DNA of 64,000 bases. Source: Camelus dromedarius. Its lineage: Eukaryota. Below the pieces are notes generated by a model. That model saw only the letters and a program-made list of their open reading frames with translations, made no database searches and had not been told where the DNA came from. This document shows, piece by piece, positions 13,723 to 26,454 of this stretch (positions are counted from its first letter, which is position 1; each line of letters begins with the position of its first letter). Location: NCBI RefSeq assembly GCF_036321535.1, contig NC_087436.1, positions 84,756,001 through 84,820,000 of the forward strand. The letters run 5' to 3'. Position numbers and translations under genes: made by a program.

Positions 13723-14040
13723 CTGGAGGTTGGTCCTTTTCTATAAAGAACCAGATAATAAATATCTTAGGCTTTGTGGCCCATACAGTTTTTGTTGCAA
13801 TTACTTAACTCTGCCACTACAGCACAAAAGAAGCTACATAAAACACACAAACAAATGAGAAGGCCAATAACATTAACCAATGATGAAATTGGAATTTCAT
13901 AACTTAGATGTGTCATGAAATATTCTTCTTTTGATATTTGTTTAATGATTCAAAAATGTAAAACCCAATGTTAGCACACGGGCCATATAAAAACAGTGTT
14001 CTGGATTTAGCTCATGTACCATTATTTACCAATCCCCAGC
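13723..14040 (+). mobile_element. MER58B-like (hAT-Charlie)
   Basis: ccagataataaatatcttaggctttgtggccca...tgtcatgaaatattcttcttttga...ctggatttagctc. Confidence 0.7.
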
Positions 14041-14129
14041 CTAGTATCAAAATAGTCACATCATATAAAAAGAACTTCCTTTTTCTTAAAAAAATCACCT
14101 TTCAAAAATAAGTCGATCTTATTACTTAC

Positions 14130-14282
14130 TTTTAACTTTTCTTTTAAAGCTTCTTTTTCTGTCATAATTCTTCTTAAGTCAGATAATGCAAGTTCTTTTT
14201 CCTTTTCTATAAGACTAACAGTATTATGGGAAACTGTGGTTTGGGAAGACTTTTGTCTCAGTGCAGATAATTCTTCCTGAGC
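14130..14282 (-). CDS. CEP135: CEP135 exon 13 (153 nt)
   Basis: AQEELSALRQKSSQTTVSHNTVSLIEKEKELALSDLRRIMTEKEALKEKLK; TAAAG|GCT acceptor, AAA|GTAAGT donor. Confidence 0.96.
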
Positions 14283-15191
14283 CTTTAAGAATTGAAAGAT
14301 GTAAATTAAAAAAACACTGGATATGCTCCTAGTTTAAGAAAAGGCAAACTAAACACATGCTACCTTTGCTCTTTTCCCAAATGCCACCAAAATGAGACTA
14401 AAAGGATTAAAGTAATAATAATAAAAACAAAAAGACAAGGAGATTGAGGAAGTGCCAGTCAAAAAAATTTTGAAACCAAGTGGCAGATGGACAACTAGTA
14501 ATTAACTAAGCAGACCCAAGAAAGCTGAAATCTAAGCCAACAGTGGGAAAAGCCCAGAAGTGGATCAGTTTGTACTGCAGAATCCCAGAAAAGCTTCAAA
14601 AGTGAAAACAGCTTTTTGAACTTGAACTTTTAACCTGCATGTCCTTCTCTCGCTCTCAAAATAGCAGTAGGATTTCATGGGAGATTGCTATGGGAACAAA
14701 TTTAGGTGATAAACACCATGCTTTTGCTCAGACTCACCTTGCCCTCTGACAACTGAGGCTTGGTAACTGGGCCAAGCTGTATGGAATCTCCCCTCCCTAA
14801 CCCTAGAGGCTAAGTCCTTAATATCCAATATATTCAATTAGTGGGCACTACCCACTGTTTGACAGACATATCCCAACATGTCTGAATCCCAAGGATGCAC
14901 TTGGCTCAGTCAGGCTGTGACCCTTCGGAAGCTTTAGAAATAGGGAATTATCTCTAACTGACCTGACCCACAGATAGGCTAGAAAAGAGGAAGAATAAAT
15001 ATGGAAAAGCAACAGAAATCCCTGCTTTGGGAACAGGATGATAGAAGAAACTATTACTTATAATTCTAACTATGAAGGAAAATCACTAAGGTCCATATAG
15101 TACAGTAATTTAAAGGATATATATATATTGGTTCCATTATAGTTAACTAGTTCCACATAATCTGTTGGCTTAATTATAATCAGTATCTTAC

Positions 15192-15344
15192 TTCATTATA
15201 TAAGACACTTAGTTTATCTCTTTCTGCTGTCAATAATTTAACATTGGACTGTATATCCTCCATATGTTTTTCAAATCTTTCTAGCATACGCTGGAGTTCG
15301 TCTCTTTCTCTCGTGATCAGATGGATTTCTGAATTGTAATCACC
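15192..15344 (-). CDS. CEP135: CEP135 exon 12 (153 nt)
   Basis: GDYNSEIHLITRERDELQRMLERFEKHMEDIQSNVKLLTAERDKLSVLYNE; TTTCAG|GGT acceptor, GAA|GTAAGA donor. Confidence 0.97.
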
Positions 15345-15644
15345 CTGAAACATAATTTAAAAATAGAAGTTATCATTTGTTGTAATTATCACCACATGGT
15401 TGCCACAAGGATGCTGATGATAAGACTGACTGAAAGATGCTAAGAGACAGAAAGAACACAATATCCTACAGTGTAAACAAGGAGCACAATTTTTAATCTA
15501 TGAGAAGAGCAGGAGATGAGAGTGCTGGCAGTATGGGGACAAATTTCGTAGCCTTCAAGTTCCCAGCAAGGGACTTGGCTGCCACTGATGCTACTTCATT
15601 AGATCCCATCAAATGCTCCAACTGTCATTCTCCCAGAGTTGTTT

Positions 15645-15830
15645 ATACTGGTGGCGACTAAGGTATAATCACCAGACCAGAAGCATGCAGCACTGGGGAA
15701 CTGATTAGGCATGCAAGTTTTGGGACCACCCCAGACTTACTCAATCAGAAACTCTGGGGACAGGGGCCAGTAACTGGTTTATCAAGTCCTCCAAGCGATT
15801 CTGATGCATGCTGATTGCTGGGAACCCCTA
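15645..15830. mobile_element. MER5A-like (hAT-Charlie)
   Basis: ccaccccagacttactcaatcagaaactctgggg...aagtcctccaagcgattctgatgcatgct. Confidence 0.75.
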
Positions 15831-16619
15831 GTTATAACCCTCTCCCGGGGAAGAAACAGGGCATGTGTGCACCTGCTCACCCAGAACAGCAACTGTAACA
15901 GCCTAGCACATTCCTCTGTTTTCTGTGACTGAATCTAAGATCAATTTCCCAGGCACACCAACCCCCAACTGTCCCAGCTTCAAACCTGTGTAAGGTCTAT
16001 TTTTGCAATCAGATAAGTAGAAATATTTCTACCAGATGGTGTACATTAAGGATGTTCACTGAATAAGCAACTACTTCTGACATTTCTATAAAAAGATTAT
16101 ACCTATTATTCCAGTACAATTCAACAAAATCCACTATCTTCACAGCTATTGTAGAAAATCAAGATAGTAAATGTAAATCTGGGATCTGTAGTATCTTAAT
16201 GTTCAAGTTCTAAATACAGAGGCTCCATATAGCGATAATCTGATAATCTGGTACACTGGGAAGCATCCTGATGTGTGTTGTTCAGTATTTACCGTGCACA
16301 TAACTATGTCCAATGGAGACTTGGTAAATAGTAGGTATCTGTGAAATACCCTTCACCTGCCACTCGGAAATAAGTTATCCCCTTGGTTAGGTGAGCAAAA
16401 TCAAGGCATAATGGATGAGATTAGCTATCTGGACACCTTAAAGGACAAGATATATTACAGGACAAAAGCAATTAGGGGAAGACTTAATCAGGGTTTAAAC
16501 AAGAATAAAAGAAAATCTGTAACCTAACCATCTCTAAATAAAAATATCTTACTGAAAGGAGGTGGTCTGCCTAGATTTTAGAAAAGGAGAGCTCAGTGAG
16601 TAAGGATTTGGAAGTCTAA

Positions 16620-17020
16620 TTTTCATTACTGTCTAGGTCTCAGCTTAAATGTCACTTTCTCTAAGTAGTCCTTCCAGGTTCTCCAATCTAATTTAGATGT
16701 CCCTCTATATACTTTCATAGCATTATGAATCTTCTTCATTATCACTTATTATACATGAGATTGTAAAGTTATTTACATGTTGGGTGTTTAATGTGTCTTT
16801 ACCACTAAAATGTAAGCTCTATGAGAGACACAGCAGCAGGTATCCGGTCATACTCACCATATCTTTAGTGTCTAGCATGGTACCTGGTAAAACATACGAA
16901 TTCCCTAACATCTATTTACTGGCCTTCTTAAGTAGGAACTGTAGCTCTTTTCTAAATATATCTTGTATGTAGGTACTTACATTTGTGTTAATAATTCCCT
17001 TTCACCTCTCCATTGTTCCC

Positions 17021-17065
<45 letters not shown>

Positions 17066-17430
17066 CGTTAAAGACTGAGTACAGGAACTAGGTCTTCTTC
17101 ATCTCATATCCTGGGTGCCTCATTCACAGCAGGCACTTGGTATATATATCTATTGAACTGAACTTAATTTTCTACCTATACCTGATGTGCTCTGAATCAG
17201 CAAATAATAAGGAAACGAAACATTTACTAGAACTAGGTGCTATGCTAGACCCTTATATAAATTATTCCATGTAATCTTTACAAGAGGTTGTAGTTACTTT
17301 CTCCACTTTGCAAATGAGGAAACTGGGGCTCCACTGAAGTTAGGTAACTTGTTCAAGGTCCTAAAGTCAGTATATGGAGTTGAAATTTTTATCGAGTCTC
17401 TAACACCAAAGCACTTTCCACTACACTATA
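16620..17430. mobile_element. L2 3' fragments and a MIR (about 17215-17430)
   Basis: aggtctcagcttaaatgtcac; ctaaaatgtaagctctatgagag; tttgcaaatgaggaaactggggctc. Confidence 0.65.
17023..17064. repeat. (CA)21 microsatellite
   Basis: Direct count. Confidence 0.95.
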
Positions 17431-19180
17431 CTCAAAACTCATTTGGAACTCTGTGAGTACAAGAGGTGAAAGGGGACACTGCTGTCCCTACACAGGCAAG
17501 AGAATCAATGGATGTATTGTTAATAAAAGTCATTGATATTAAAAGTGACAATATTCTTTTCTGACTGCAATCCCAAGAAACTGCCTAACAATTTGCCATA
17601 AAGCAAGGGTTGAAAACCCATAGCTTTTACCAAATCCAGCTTGAGAGGGGTCTTTGTTATCTGTCAAGTGTTTCTTAACATGTTTAAAGTATTAGGTGGG
17701 GATTTACTTTCTAGTTCCCAGCACTCACAACTGTCTTACCCACTTCACTTGTGTACATGCCCCCTTATACTCTATCATGCCTACAATATATTATTGGGAC
17801 TCTAAAACGCTACCAATGTACCAACTTTCTAGACTTTACAAAATGAATTCTTTATCTATGTCAGGTAATGTTAGAATATTTCAAGAAACTAAATAAGTTC
17901 CAAGTGGGGAAGTCTCTCCTAATTTTACCAGTATCTGGCTAGTATCTCATTTGTCTTTCAATTTTGAATCCACACCAAGCAAACAAATCAAATGTTTAAG
18001 TTAAATGCATTGAGATATTTATCTACTTAGATCTATTTAATAAATACTTGATTAAACTAATCAATTATTTTGTGAAAAACTGCCCTACACAATGAAGGTG
18101 ATCAATTCAGCGATTTATTTTTCCTGATTCCTAGTATATATAGAGTTTAAAAAACAACTCAGTAACACATAAACTAACTTATACTGTATTTTTCCACCAA
18201 TTCATTGGGCTTGTAATAGATAATAGCATAATGTTTATACTAACACTCTGTAAATCAAATTTAGTCACTAGCCAATGAGGTTAAGAAACAGAGTCTAATC
18301 GGAAAATGATTCAAAGCCATTTGACAATGGACAGAGGATCTTCAGAAAAAAAGATGACAGAATTGGTAAATTCAGACAAAGATGAAATCAAATGTTTTAA
18401 TGACTTTACTCCCAACTTCTCCTAATTTTATCTAGTGTGTGGATAATGTTAGGGTCATATAAGCCTCCAGGACTCCTATAGCTCCAAAGCTTAAAAGAAA
18501 AGAAAAATCTAAAGAATCCAAATTATACTCATAAAAAGTTAAAAATAAGTAAGACCTAAAATACAGACACATGCTTTTGCTCTTTCATGAATCATGGTTA
18601 ACTTTATATAGTGTACATCTTCAGACTACCAGGCTGTAAATGTGGCTGCAGTGGATCAATGGGATGATCTACCCAGCACTCATTTCCATTTTGTACCTTC
18701 TCCTGCTGCACGGTTATCATGGAAGATACCCAGCCTGCCCTTCTGACTGGTCCAAGGCTGGGGACAGCATGAAGCCATGTTGCCTGCTGTGTGAACAAAA
18801 GCCACTCTGATTCAAGAGAGGAAATGCAGCTGATACCAGAAAGTAAAGGCTAGAAAGAGAGACAATGTCCGGTAGCATGAGTTTCTGGCTCCAGTTTCTA
18901 GAAGCTCAGATGCCCCTGCACTCCTCCCATATATAAAATGAGCTATTCAATGTTTCCTTAATTTTCAGGAATCAGTATGTTATGCCTTGTTCTTAAGTAG
19001 TTCTCCTAATTAACGCAGTGTGTCTAAAGTACAGGTCACAGAAGAAAACAAATATCAAAATTAAGAAAAACTTCTTAAAAGCAAGTATGAATAAAGTTAC
19101 ATTTAATACAATTAATAAACCAGGAAAGTTTGCTCATAAAGATACTCTCTTGCCTTATCAATTACTCTCATAGATATTAC

Positions 19181-19404
19181 CTTTTCTAGTGTTTTAAACA
19201 CGGGAATTTTTTCACATGTAGAATAACTTCTGGAGCAAGATCTTCGTTGTATTATATGTTGGAGTCTTTCTAGCTCTTTCTTATAAAAATCTCGTTCCTC
19301 TTCTATACCTTTCAGAAATGTATCTAAACGAGAAGGTGACTTGTCTCGACGTTTTATTCCATGTTCTAGCCTCATCCTCTCAACTTCCAAAGTAAGTTCT
19401 CTTT
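19181..19404 (-). CDS. CEP135: CEP135 exon 11 (224 nt)
   Basis: RELTLEVERMRLEHGIKRRDKSPSRLDTFLKGIEEERDFYKKELERLQHIIQRRSCSRSYSTCEKIPVFKTLEK; TTGCAG|AAA acceptor, AAG|GTAATA donor. Confidence 0.97.
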
Positions 19405-19707
19405 CTGCAAATAAAAGTCATTAAATCTTAAACAATGTTGCATACAAAATGTATAATTAGCCAAATAAATTATATCAATAACTTTCAGAATGCAAGCTAC
19501 TAAAATTCAGCTATTTAAATATCATCTGTAACTGCCAGATATCAAAGAGGTAAATGCTGAAAGGAAAGGAGAAAAATATAAAAGCAAAAATTAAATTAAA
19601 AGTTTAAATAAAATCCAATAAGTCAAAATCCTCCTGTTTTTGTCATATACAAGGATGAGTACTATTTAGCATTACACAGTGCAACAATAAATTACCATGT
19701 GATATTT

Positions 19708-19846
19708 TTAAAAAAATTATTATTATTTCTTACTTGGGGAGAGATGGTAATTAGATTTATTTATTTTTAGAGGAGGTACTGGGAACTGAACCTAGGACCT
19801 TGCGCATGCTAAGCATGTGCTCTACCACTTGAGCTATACCCTCCCC
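19708..19846 (-). mobile_element. tRNA-Ala-derived SINE (vic-1 type, with longer 3' part)
   Basis: GGGGAGGGTATAGCTCAAGTGGTAGAGCACATGCTTAGCATGCGCAAGGTCCTAGGTTCAGTTCCCAGTACCTCC + AAATAAATAAATCTAATTACC; TSD only imperfect. Confidence 0.85.
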
Positions 19847-20134
19847 ACAACATGGTATTTTCTGGTGACCTGAAAAAACTAAAAGAAAATTTATGTATAA
19901 GCAATTGATCATAATATGTATGATGTTAACATTAAGCTTGAATTTAATATAGCATACACATAAAGAGATCAAAACAACTTATTTTTCTCAAATTATTATT
20001 AACTTTTACCATAAAAATCACCTTTCAGGAGTCAAAAGTAGCCTAACACTGGCAATTTCATATAGCTTAACCTTATTTAACTGATGCTCTTTACCACTCT
20101 GAAGGATGAAATGATTTCCAAGATCTATTCCATC

Positions 20135-21915
20135 CTTTCTTTCATTCATTCGACCAATATTTACTTACAGAGTATCTACTAAATGCCCAGCATGGGCTAA
20201 GGATACAAGTATGAAGAGCATAGCCAAGGTCAAGCAATTACTCTACCAGCAGTAGGACAAGAGCTACAAAAGAACAGTAGCCTGGAGGATGAACAGGGGG
20301 ATCATCCTGCGGAGTTACCTGAGAGGGAAGGAAGCAGGAGCGTGGGAAGGCATGGGCAAATGTGTTAAATGCTAAGAAGTCAAATAAATTGATGAATGAA
20401 AAGTGTCCACTGCATTTACCACAATGGAGGTGAGTGGTGACCTTAACAAGAGCAATTTTGCTGGTGAGGTGGGGACAGAAGCCAACTGGAGTGGACTGAG
20501 GAGCTAAAGGGCAGTGGGTGATCAAGCAGAAAAGCAAATGTGGGTGACCTTTTAAGATAGTAAAGCTATAATCAGGAGGAAAGAGTGGCTGGAGAGGAAT
20601 GGGTCAAAGGTTTTGTTTTAGAATGGGAGAAGGGTAAGCATGTTTGAATGTCAATGGGAAAAAACAGTAAAGTTTTGGAAAGAAGGTAATTAATACGTAA
20701 GCGTTTTAAAAGTGGAGAGGATAGGATACAGAGAACAGAAGGAGGCAGTGTCCTTTCATAAGAGGTATAGGGCTCCACTGTAACAGGAGGGAAGATAAAG
20801 ATGGACAGGTTCAAGATCTGGGGACAGGAAACTGATGGAATGTCTCCCAGATGGCTTCCATTCTCTTAGGGAAACTGGAAGTAAGATCATTCAGTTAGAA
20901 TGGGTTTACTGAAAATGAAAAACATTTGAAATGTTCCCTGCAGAGCCGGGGAGATCAAGCAGTAAGAAATATAAAGTAAGGTTTCCATACATCCCTGAGG
21001 GTGCTGCTGCGGTTTGGAACCATCTAACTTACAGTGCTATCCACATGGCTGGTGCACACGCAAGCAGTGCTTAGCTGCGTGTGTAAGTGTTCTGCTTGAT
21101 CCAAGGCTGGGTTTTGGGCAGCAGGAATGCATTTGTAACACAAAGGAAAAGAGTTTCAGATATCTGAAAGACTACACTGAAATGCCAGGATATCTAGCAA
21201 TGAAAGGAAGTAAATTTGCAAATTTTTAAACATAGGTCTAAGCACTTTAATTTTTAACCCATTTAATCCTCACAACAACCTTTCGGGTTAGGTGCCATCA
21301 TTAACCCAAAAGATAATGGAAACTGAGGCAAATGTTCAGTAACCTGTTCAAGTCATACAGCTGCTAAATGGAGAAGGGGTCAAATAGATTACCCATGTGG
21401 ATGCAGAAGAGCCTAGGATATAGCCTCCTCTTAAAACAGCACACTTGCTTCCACCTCCTGAGACATACGGAGTTTAATGGCACCAGGCTTCTGCGCTTGC
21501 CATCCCCTCCTCCTGAAAAATTGCCCCAGATCTTCATATGGCTAGTGTCCTGTCATGAGCCCTTCCATCAGTCAATCTCTAGCACATCCCTTCATTTTAT
21601 TTTTATACTTCTTATCATCTGAAATTAACTTCTTCACTTATATGCTACTAGTTTGTCTCGCTAACTAGACTAAAGTCTCCATGGGAGCAGGGGTTTTGTG
21701 TATCTTGTTTACCATTATCCACCCCAGCACCAAAACAGGCTCATGAACATTTGTCAAATGAATGAATGAATCCTTACATGTTCCTTAAACCAAGTCATTT
21801 AGGACAGGTATCTGGAAAGCCAATTAGTCTTAATTACTTCTATTATATCTCAGTGCCTGGTCTGGTTTCTGATATAAGCACTCAACAAATATTTATTGAA
21901 TAAATGAATAAAAGA
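20135..21915. mobile_element. Cluster of L2 fragments and a MIR (about 21240-21420)
   Basis: ttcattcattcgaccaatattta; ggtgaccttaacaagagcaatttt; catttaatcctcacaacaacc; ctagactaaagtctccatgggagcaggg...aatgaatgaa. Confidence 0.6.
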
Positions 21916-21984
21916 TCATCTACTAAAAAATAGTACATTAAGAGGACATCACAATTTTCAAGTTATCAACATTTTATATTTTAC

Positions 21985-22123
21985 CTGTAACAGCAAAACT
22001 TTCAATTTTTTTGTTAAGTCTTTGCTTTTCTTGTTCAAGTTGATGAACCACAGTTTCCAGGTCTGATTTTATAAGGAGTTCATCACTCAGTCTCTCCTTT
22101 TCTTTATGACATAAGTTTAATTC
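21985..22123 (-). CDS. CEP135: CEP135 exon 10 (139 nt)
   Basis: ELNLCHKEKERLSDELLIKSDLETVVHQLEQEKQRLNKKIESFAVT; TTGCAG|GAA acceptor, CAG|GTAAAA donor. Confidence 0.96.
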
Positions 22124-23679
22124 CTGCAAATTTTAATACTATAATTAAGATTTCTAACAACTTTATAAAATATTATAGCACTTTAGATATTTTGGTAAGC
22201 ACATTTATTTAAGAGTAATTCACATACACACACTTATAATCAGTCAAACATATGGTTTCAGTTAAAGTTAATTATTAGTTATGGCTAAAAGCACCATAAA
22301 TCCCAAATGTCAACAATGCTCCTTTCTAAAGCAATAGAATTATTGGATTTTATTTTCTTTTAATTTGTTCAGCATATTGTCTTTTTAGAAAATAAATATG
22401 TACTTGTGCAATAAAAAAATATTAAAGCTTTTTTAAGGAAAAGCTGAAAGTGTTTAGGAAAGCAGAAGTAAGACGTTGCTCTAAGATTTCCATAGGTATC
22501 CGTAAGTGCAAGGGTTATTCTCTCAGCCTCATCTGCACAACAGGGATAAGACCAGTACCCAGACACTGAGGATTCATACATGAATGGAAGTATCTATGAA
22601 TGTGAAGCACTCTGTACAGTGTCCAGCACATGGCAAGTACTCAATAAATGTTAGCAATAACGTCATTAGGATTTATCTTAAAAATACGTAACATGTAGTA
22701 CCAATGGAAAAAATAAAGGTCAGAAAATAACTACAGTAACACCTTGCTGTCAGGCAACAATACTGAAGCTTGGCCACAGTTCTGAGACAAACACTATGAA
22801 TCACATACAACTGTGTAGAGTGTGCATACAAGCAGCAGTGAACAAACAGCAAAAACCCCTGTCCTCGTGGAGCTTACAGTGTGGAGAAAACAGCATCAAA
22901 ACATCTACTTCACATTTATTGACCTCATGGGAGAATTTTACAATATCTAAGAGACTCAAAAGTGGACAACATTTAGGAGGGTTAGCTAATTCAATTATTC
23001 ACTATTGAATTGAAATGAATACCTGATAAGCAGCTGAGTAAAACAGGAAGCCACTGTGATACACCGTTCATAGTGCGCATACAAAAGTCAACAAGCATTA
23101 GAGCACCACCCATATGCCAATGTACCACAAATGGCTACATGTTTTAATTTCCCTTATGACTGACACCAGAACATTAGCTAGACTGTAAAAAGAGTATGCA
23201 TAATGAGGAAACTTGTAAATTAGTATTAGTCTTTGTTTCCAATCTTAGTGGAAACTCATCCAATTCAACAGATTACTTGAAAAAATTCTCAATAATCTTT
23301 TGGGTGACTACCTAGGAGTTTCTACTTACAAGTAAGACATTTGTTCTGCTAGTTCTAGACTATAAGACTATCTACTATATCTAGATTTATGCTGGGATGA
23401 TTACTAGTTCTCTCATTTGAAGACCACCAGGACAAACAACATTGACTAGTAAAATGGTTTGGACTACCAAATTGAAACTATTAAAAGATGGCTGAGTGCT
23501 TTTCATAAAAGTCAACAGCTTTACCAAGTGATTACCAATTTCTAGCTTCAGTATTAGTAAACTAACAAGTCATGAAGTCATTTAAAGAATATAAAACTCC
23601 TAACAGGTTTTCCAAATTTGAATATAACTTGCCACCTATTACCCGTGAGATTGAAGAACTGTAAAAATATAAATGAAAG

Positions 23680-24045
23680 TAAATATGTACATTCAATGGA
23701 ATATTATCAGCCATAAAAAAGAATGACATGCATGAATCTTGAAAGCATTTGTGCTAAGTAAAAGCCTGACACAAAAGGTCATATATTATATAATTCCACT
23801 TACACAGAATATCCAGAATAGACAAATCTATAGAAACAGAAAGCAGACTAGTTGTCAGGGGCTGAGTAGAGGAAAATGAGGAGTAACTAACTGCTAATGG
23901 GCATGAGGTTTCTTTTTGGAGAGATGAAAATGTTCTGGGATTAGACAATACTGGTGGTTGCACTACTCTGTACTATACCAAAACCACTTAACTGTACACT
24001 CAAAAGAGTGAAAATTATGATAGATAAATTATATCTTGGTAAAAA
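23680..24045 (+). mobile_element. L1MB-type 3'UTR fragment
   Basis: caatggaatattatcagccataaaaaagaatga; ctgctaatgggcatgaggtttctttttggagagatgaaaatgttctgg. Confidence 0.8.
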
Positions 24046-24110
24046 CATGTAAAATAAAACAAAAATTTTCTTAATGAAAATTTTGGCAATTTAATATGAC
24101 ACCTACTCAC

Positions 24111-24176
24111 CAGCTGAAGTTTTCCCATTGTTTCTTCAAGACTCCGCATTTCAGAGAGCTTTTTTTTAATCTCTTT
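24111..24176 (-). CDS. CEP135: CEP135 exon 9 (66 nt)
   Basis: KEIKKKLSEMRSLEETMGKLQL; CCTAG|AAA acceptor, CTG|GTGAGT donor. Confidence 0.95.
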
Positions 24177-24767
24177 CTAGGAATAAAAAGCCTGTTAGGG
24201 TAAATACCTAAACGTCAAGAATACTTATCACTAAGTCACAGTGCAAGAGACCAACTCATTTTTCAAGCAGTCCATGTGCTCTCTTACCAGTGAGATCTGA
24301 GGCTTTAGCCAGTACTAAGCCACAATTTCAGTGAAGAGGAGGCAAAGTTGAGGTTTCTCTTTAATTTCTCAGTATCTTGAATGCTTACAGGACCTATTTG
24401 TAACGTGTGAAGCAAGAGGGCCACTTGAGAATTTTTTTTTTTTTTTTTTTTGGTCTGTATACTTGTGGGACCTTCCTTGAGGCTTGATTTTTAAGATTCA
24501 TCATGTGGCCCTTTCATTTCCTGATTTTCCTATCCTATCACCACTTGCTACTACCCACCTAGATACTCTATACTACAACTGTGAATACTGAATGCAAAGG
24601 TTAAAATATCACAGCCTCGTAGGAATCTTTTATTGAGCCAAGTTGTCATTCTTGATTACTGCCAATGGGGCATGAGAAGCTATGTTCAGTACATTGTGTG
24701 CACAGCATTATATGCAAAAGGAAGTGGAAAAGGAGAGGAAGCCACAAAGCAAAATTAAAACTGCATT

Positions 24768-25120
24768 AATTATGTTCTTCATTTTCAAGATTGTTTTGGC
24801 ACATCTGAGTACCTTGAGATTCCATATGAATTTTAGGATTTTTTCCTATTTCTGTAAAAAACACCATTGGGATGTGGAAGGGGTTGCACTGAATCTTCAG
24901 ATTGTTTTAGGTAGTATGGACATTTGAACTATATAAAGTCTTCCAATCCATGAACACAGGATGTGTTTCCATTTATTTCTGTCTCTAATTTCTATCAGCA
25001 ATGTTTCATAATTTTTAGTGTACAAATCTTTTGCCTCCTTGGTTAAGTTTATCCCTAAGAATTTTATTCTTTTTGATGCTATTGTAAATGGAATTATTTT
25101 CTTAATTTCCTTTTTGGATT
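24768..25120 (-). mobile_element. L1 ORF2 internal fragment
   Basis: ttcaagattgttttggc...ccttgagattccatatgaattttagga...ttttattctttttgatgctattgtaaatggaat. Confidence 0.8.
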
Positions 25121-25467
25121 TCTAGATTTTATCTCTAGACATAAAAAACTTCTAAAGCACCAGACAAACAGATAATCTGAAATCTTGGGGCTGGTCAAAG
25201 ACTTTAATTAAGACACTATTTTCTCGCACTATATCTTACTAAGAGATGTATTTCCAGTAAAAATTTAACTTTTTCATTTAATACAATTTAACTTTTTCAT
25301 TTATCAACATTGTGCTATACTTGTCACTCCGATCCACTGATTACTAATAATTATAATGATAATACTATTTAGAGGAAAATATTAACACTCTGAACTTTAC
25401 AGTCACGGGACATTTTTTAAAATAAAAAATTTCAATTCATGTATGTTTTAATTGAAGAGATGTTTGA

Positions 25468-25729
25468 AATAGACTCACAGACAGAGAATACAGACTTGTG
25501 GTTACCAGGGGGGTGGAGGGTGGGAAGGGATAGACTGGGATTTCAAAATTGTAGAATAGACTACACTGTATAGCACAGGGAAATATACACAAAATGTTAT
25601 GATAACTCACAGAGAAAAAAATGTGACAATGAGTGTATATGTCCATGAATAACTGAAAAATTGTGCTGAACACTGGAATTTGACACAACATTGTAAAATG
25701 ATTATAAATCAATAAAAAATGTTAAAAAA
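25468..25729 (+). mobile_element. Young 5'-truncated L1 (3'UTR only)
   Basis: Perfect 18-bp TSD aattgaagagatgtttga at 25450-25467 and 25730-25747; 3'UTR similar to the copy at 56372-57131. Confidence 0.9.
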
Positions 25730-26312
25730 AATTGAAGAGATGTTTGACAGAGTTATCATAAAAAGATACTCAAGCACAAAATATGTTAAAATAGGATAAA
25801 ACTTTGTGGAGATTTCAAGAAGGGTCATTTGGATTCTACTGGCTATATTTAAAAGAATGATAAGACAGTTTTAAGAGATCAATATTTACAACTGATTGGA
25901 AATCACATCCTTTGCATTTATTTAAATTTAAAGATGAAAAATGTTAGCTACCAACTTAAAAATGTTCAAGGACATACATAGCTTCAAACAGTACCTTCAA
26001 AGGGTTCATGAGCATGAAATGACCTAGAGGACAAACTTCCAAAGCCTGCTCACAATGCATAGGTAAAAGGATGGAGATGGAAATCTTGAAGGAAAAAATG
26101 ATGGAGTCTGAAGAGCTATCCTAAGAACAGGTGTGCTTCAGAAAGATACTCAAACAACTAGAACAACTGCAAGCACTTAGGGGATGTAAATAACACTTTA
26201 GAAAAACCTGAATTACAAAACAAACCAAAAGACCCAAGTCAGATATCCAAAGGACTCAAGCTCACTATACTGCAGGAGAATTAATGAACACTCCCAACCT
26301 AGACATACCTTT

Positions 26313-26440
26313 TTTTCTTTTAAAAGAGATTTATTTACTTTTATTATTTATTCATTTATTTTAATGGAGGTCCTGGGGATTGAACCTAGGACTTCATGCA
26401 TGCTAAGCATGTGCTCTACCATTGAGCTATACCCACTCCC
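26313..26440 (-). mobile_element. tRNA-Ala-derived SINE (vic-1 type) 14 nt into intron 8
   Basis: GGGAGTGGGTATAGCTCAATGGTAGAGCACATGCTTAGCATGCATGAAGTCCTAGGTTCAATCCCCAGGACCTCCA + AT-rich tail; TSD at about 26295-26312 and 26441-26458. Confidence 0.88.
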
Positions 26441-26454
26441 TAGCCTGGACATAC

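Noticed and set aside
5492..26440. Three tRNA-Ala-like sequences (5492, 19708, 26313) as tRNA genes
   Set aside because: A-rich tails, TSDs, a 5' GGGGAGGG leader and mutated stems mark them as SINE copies.
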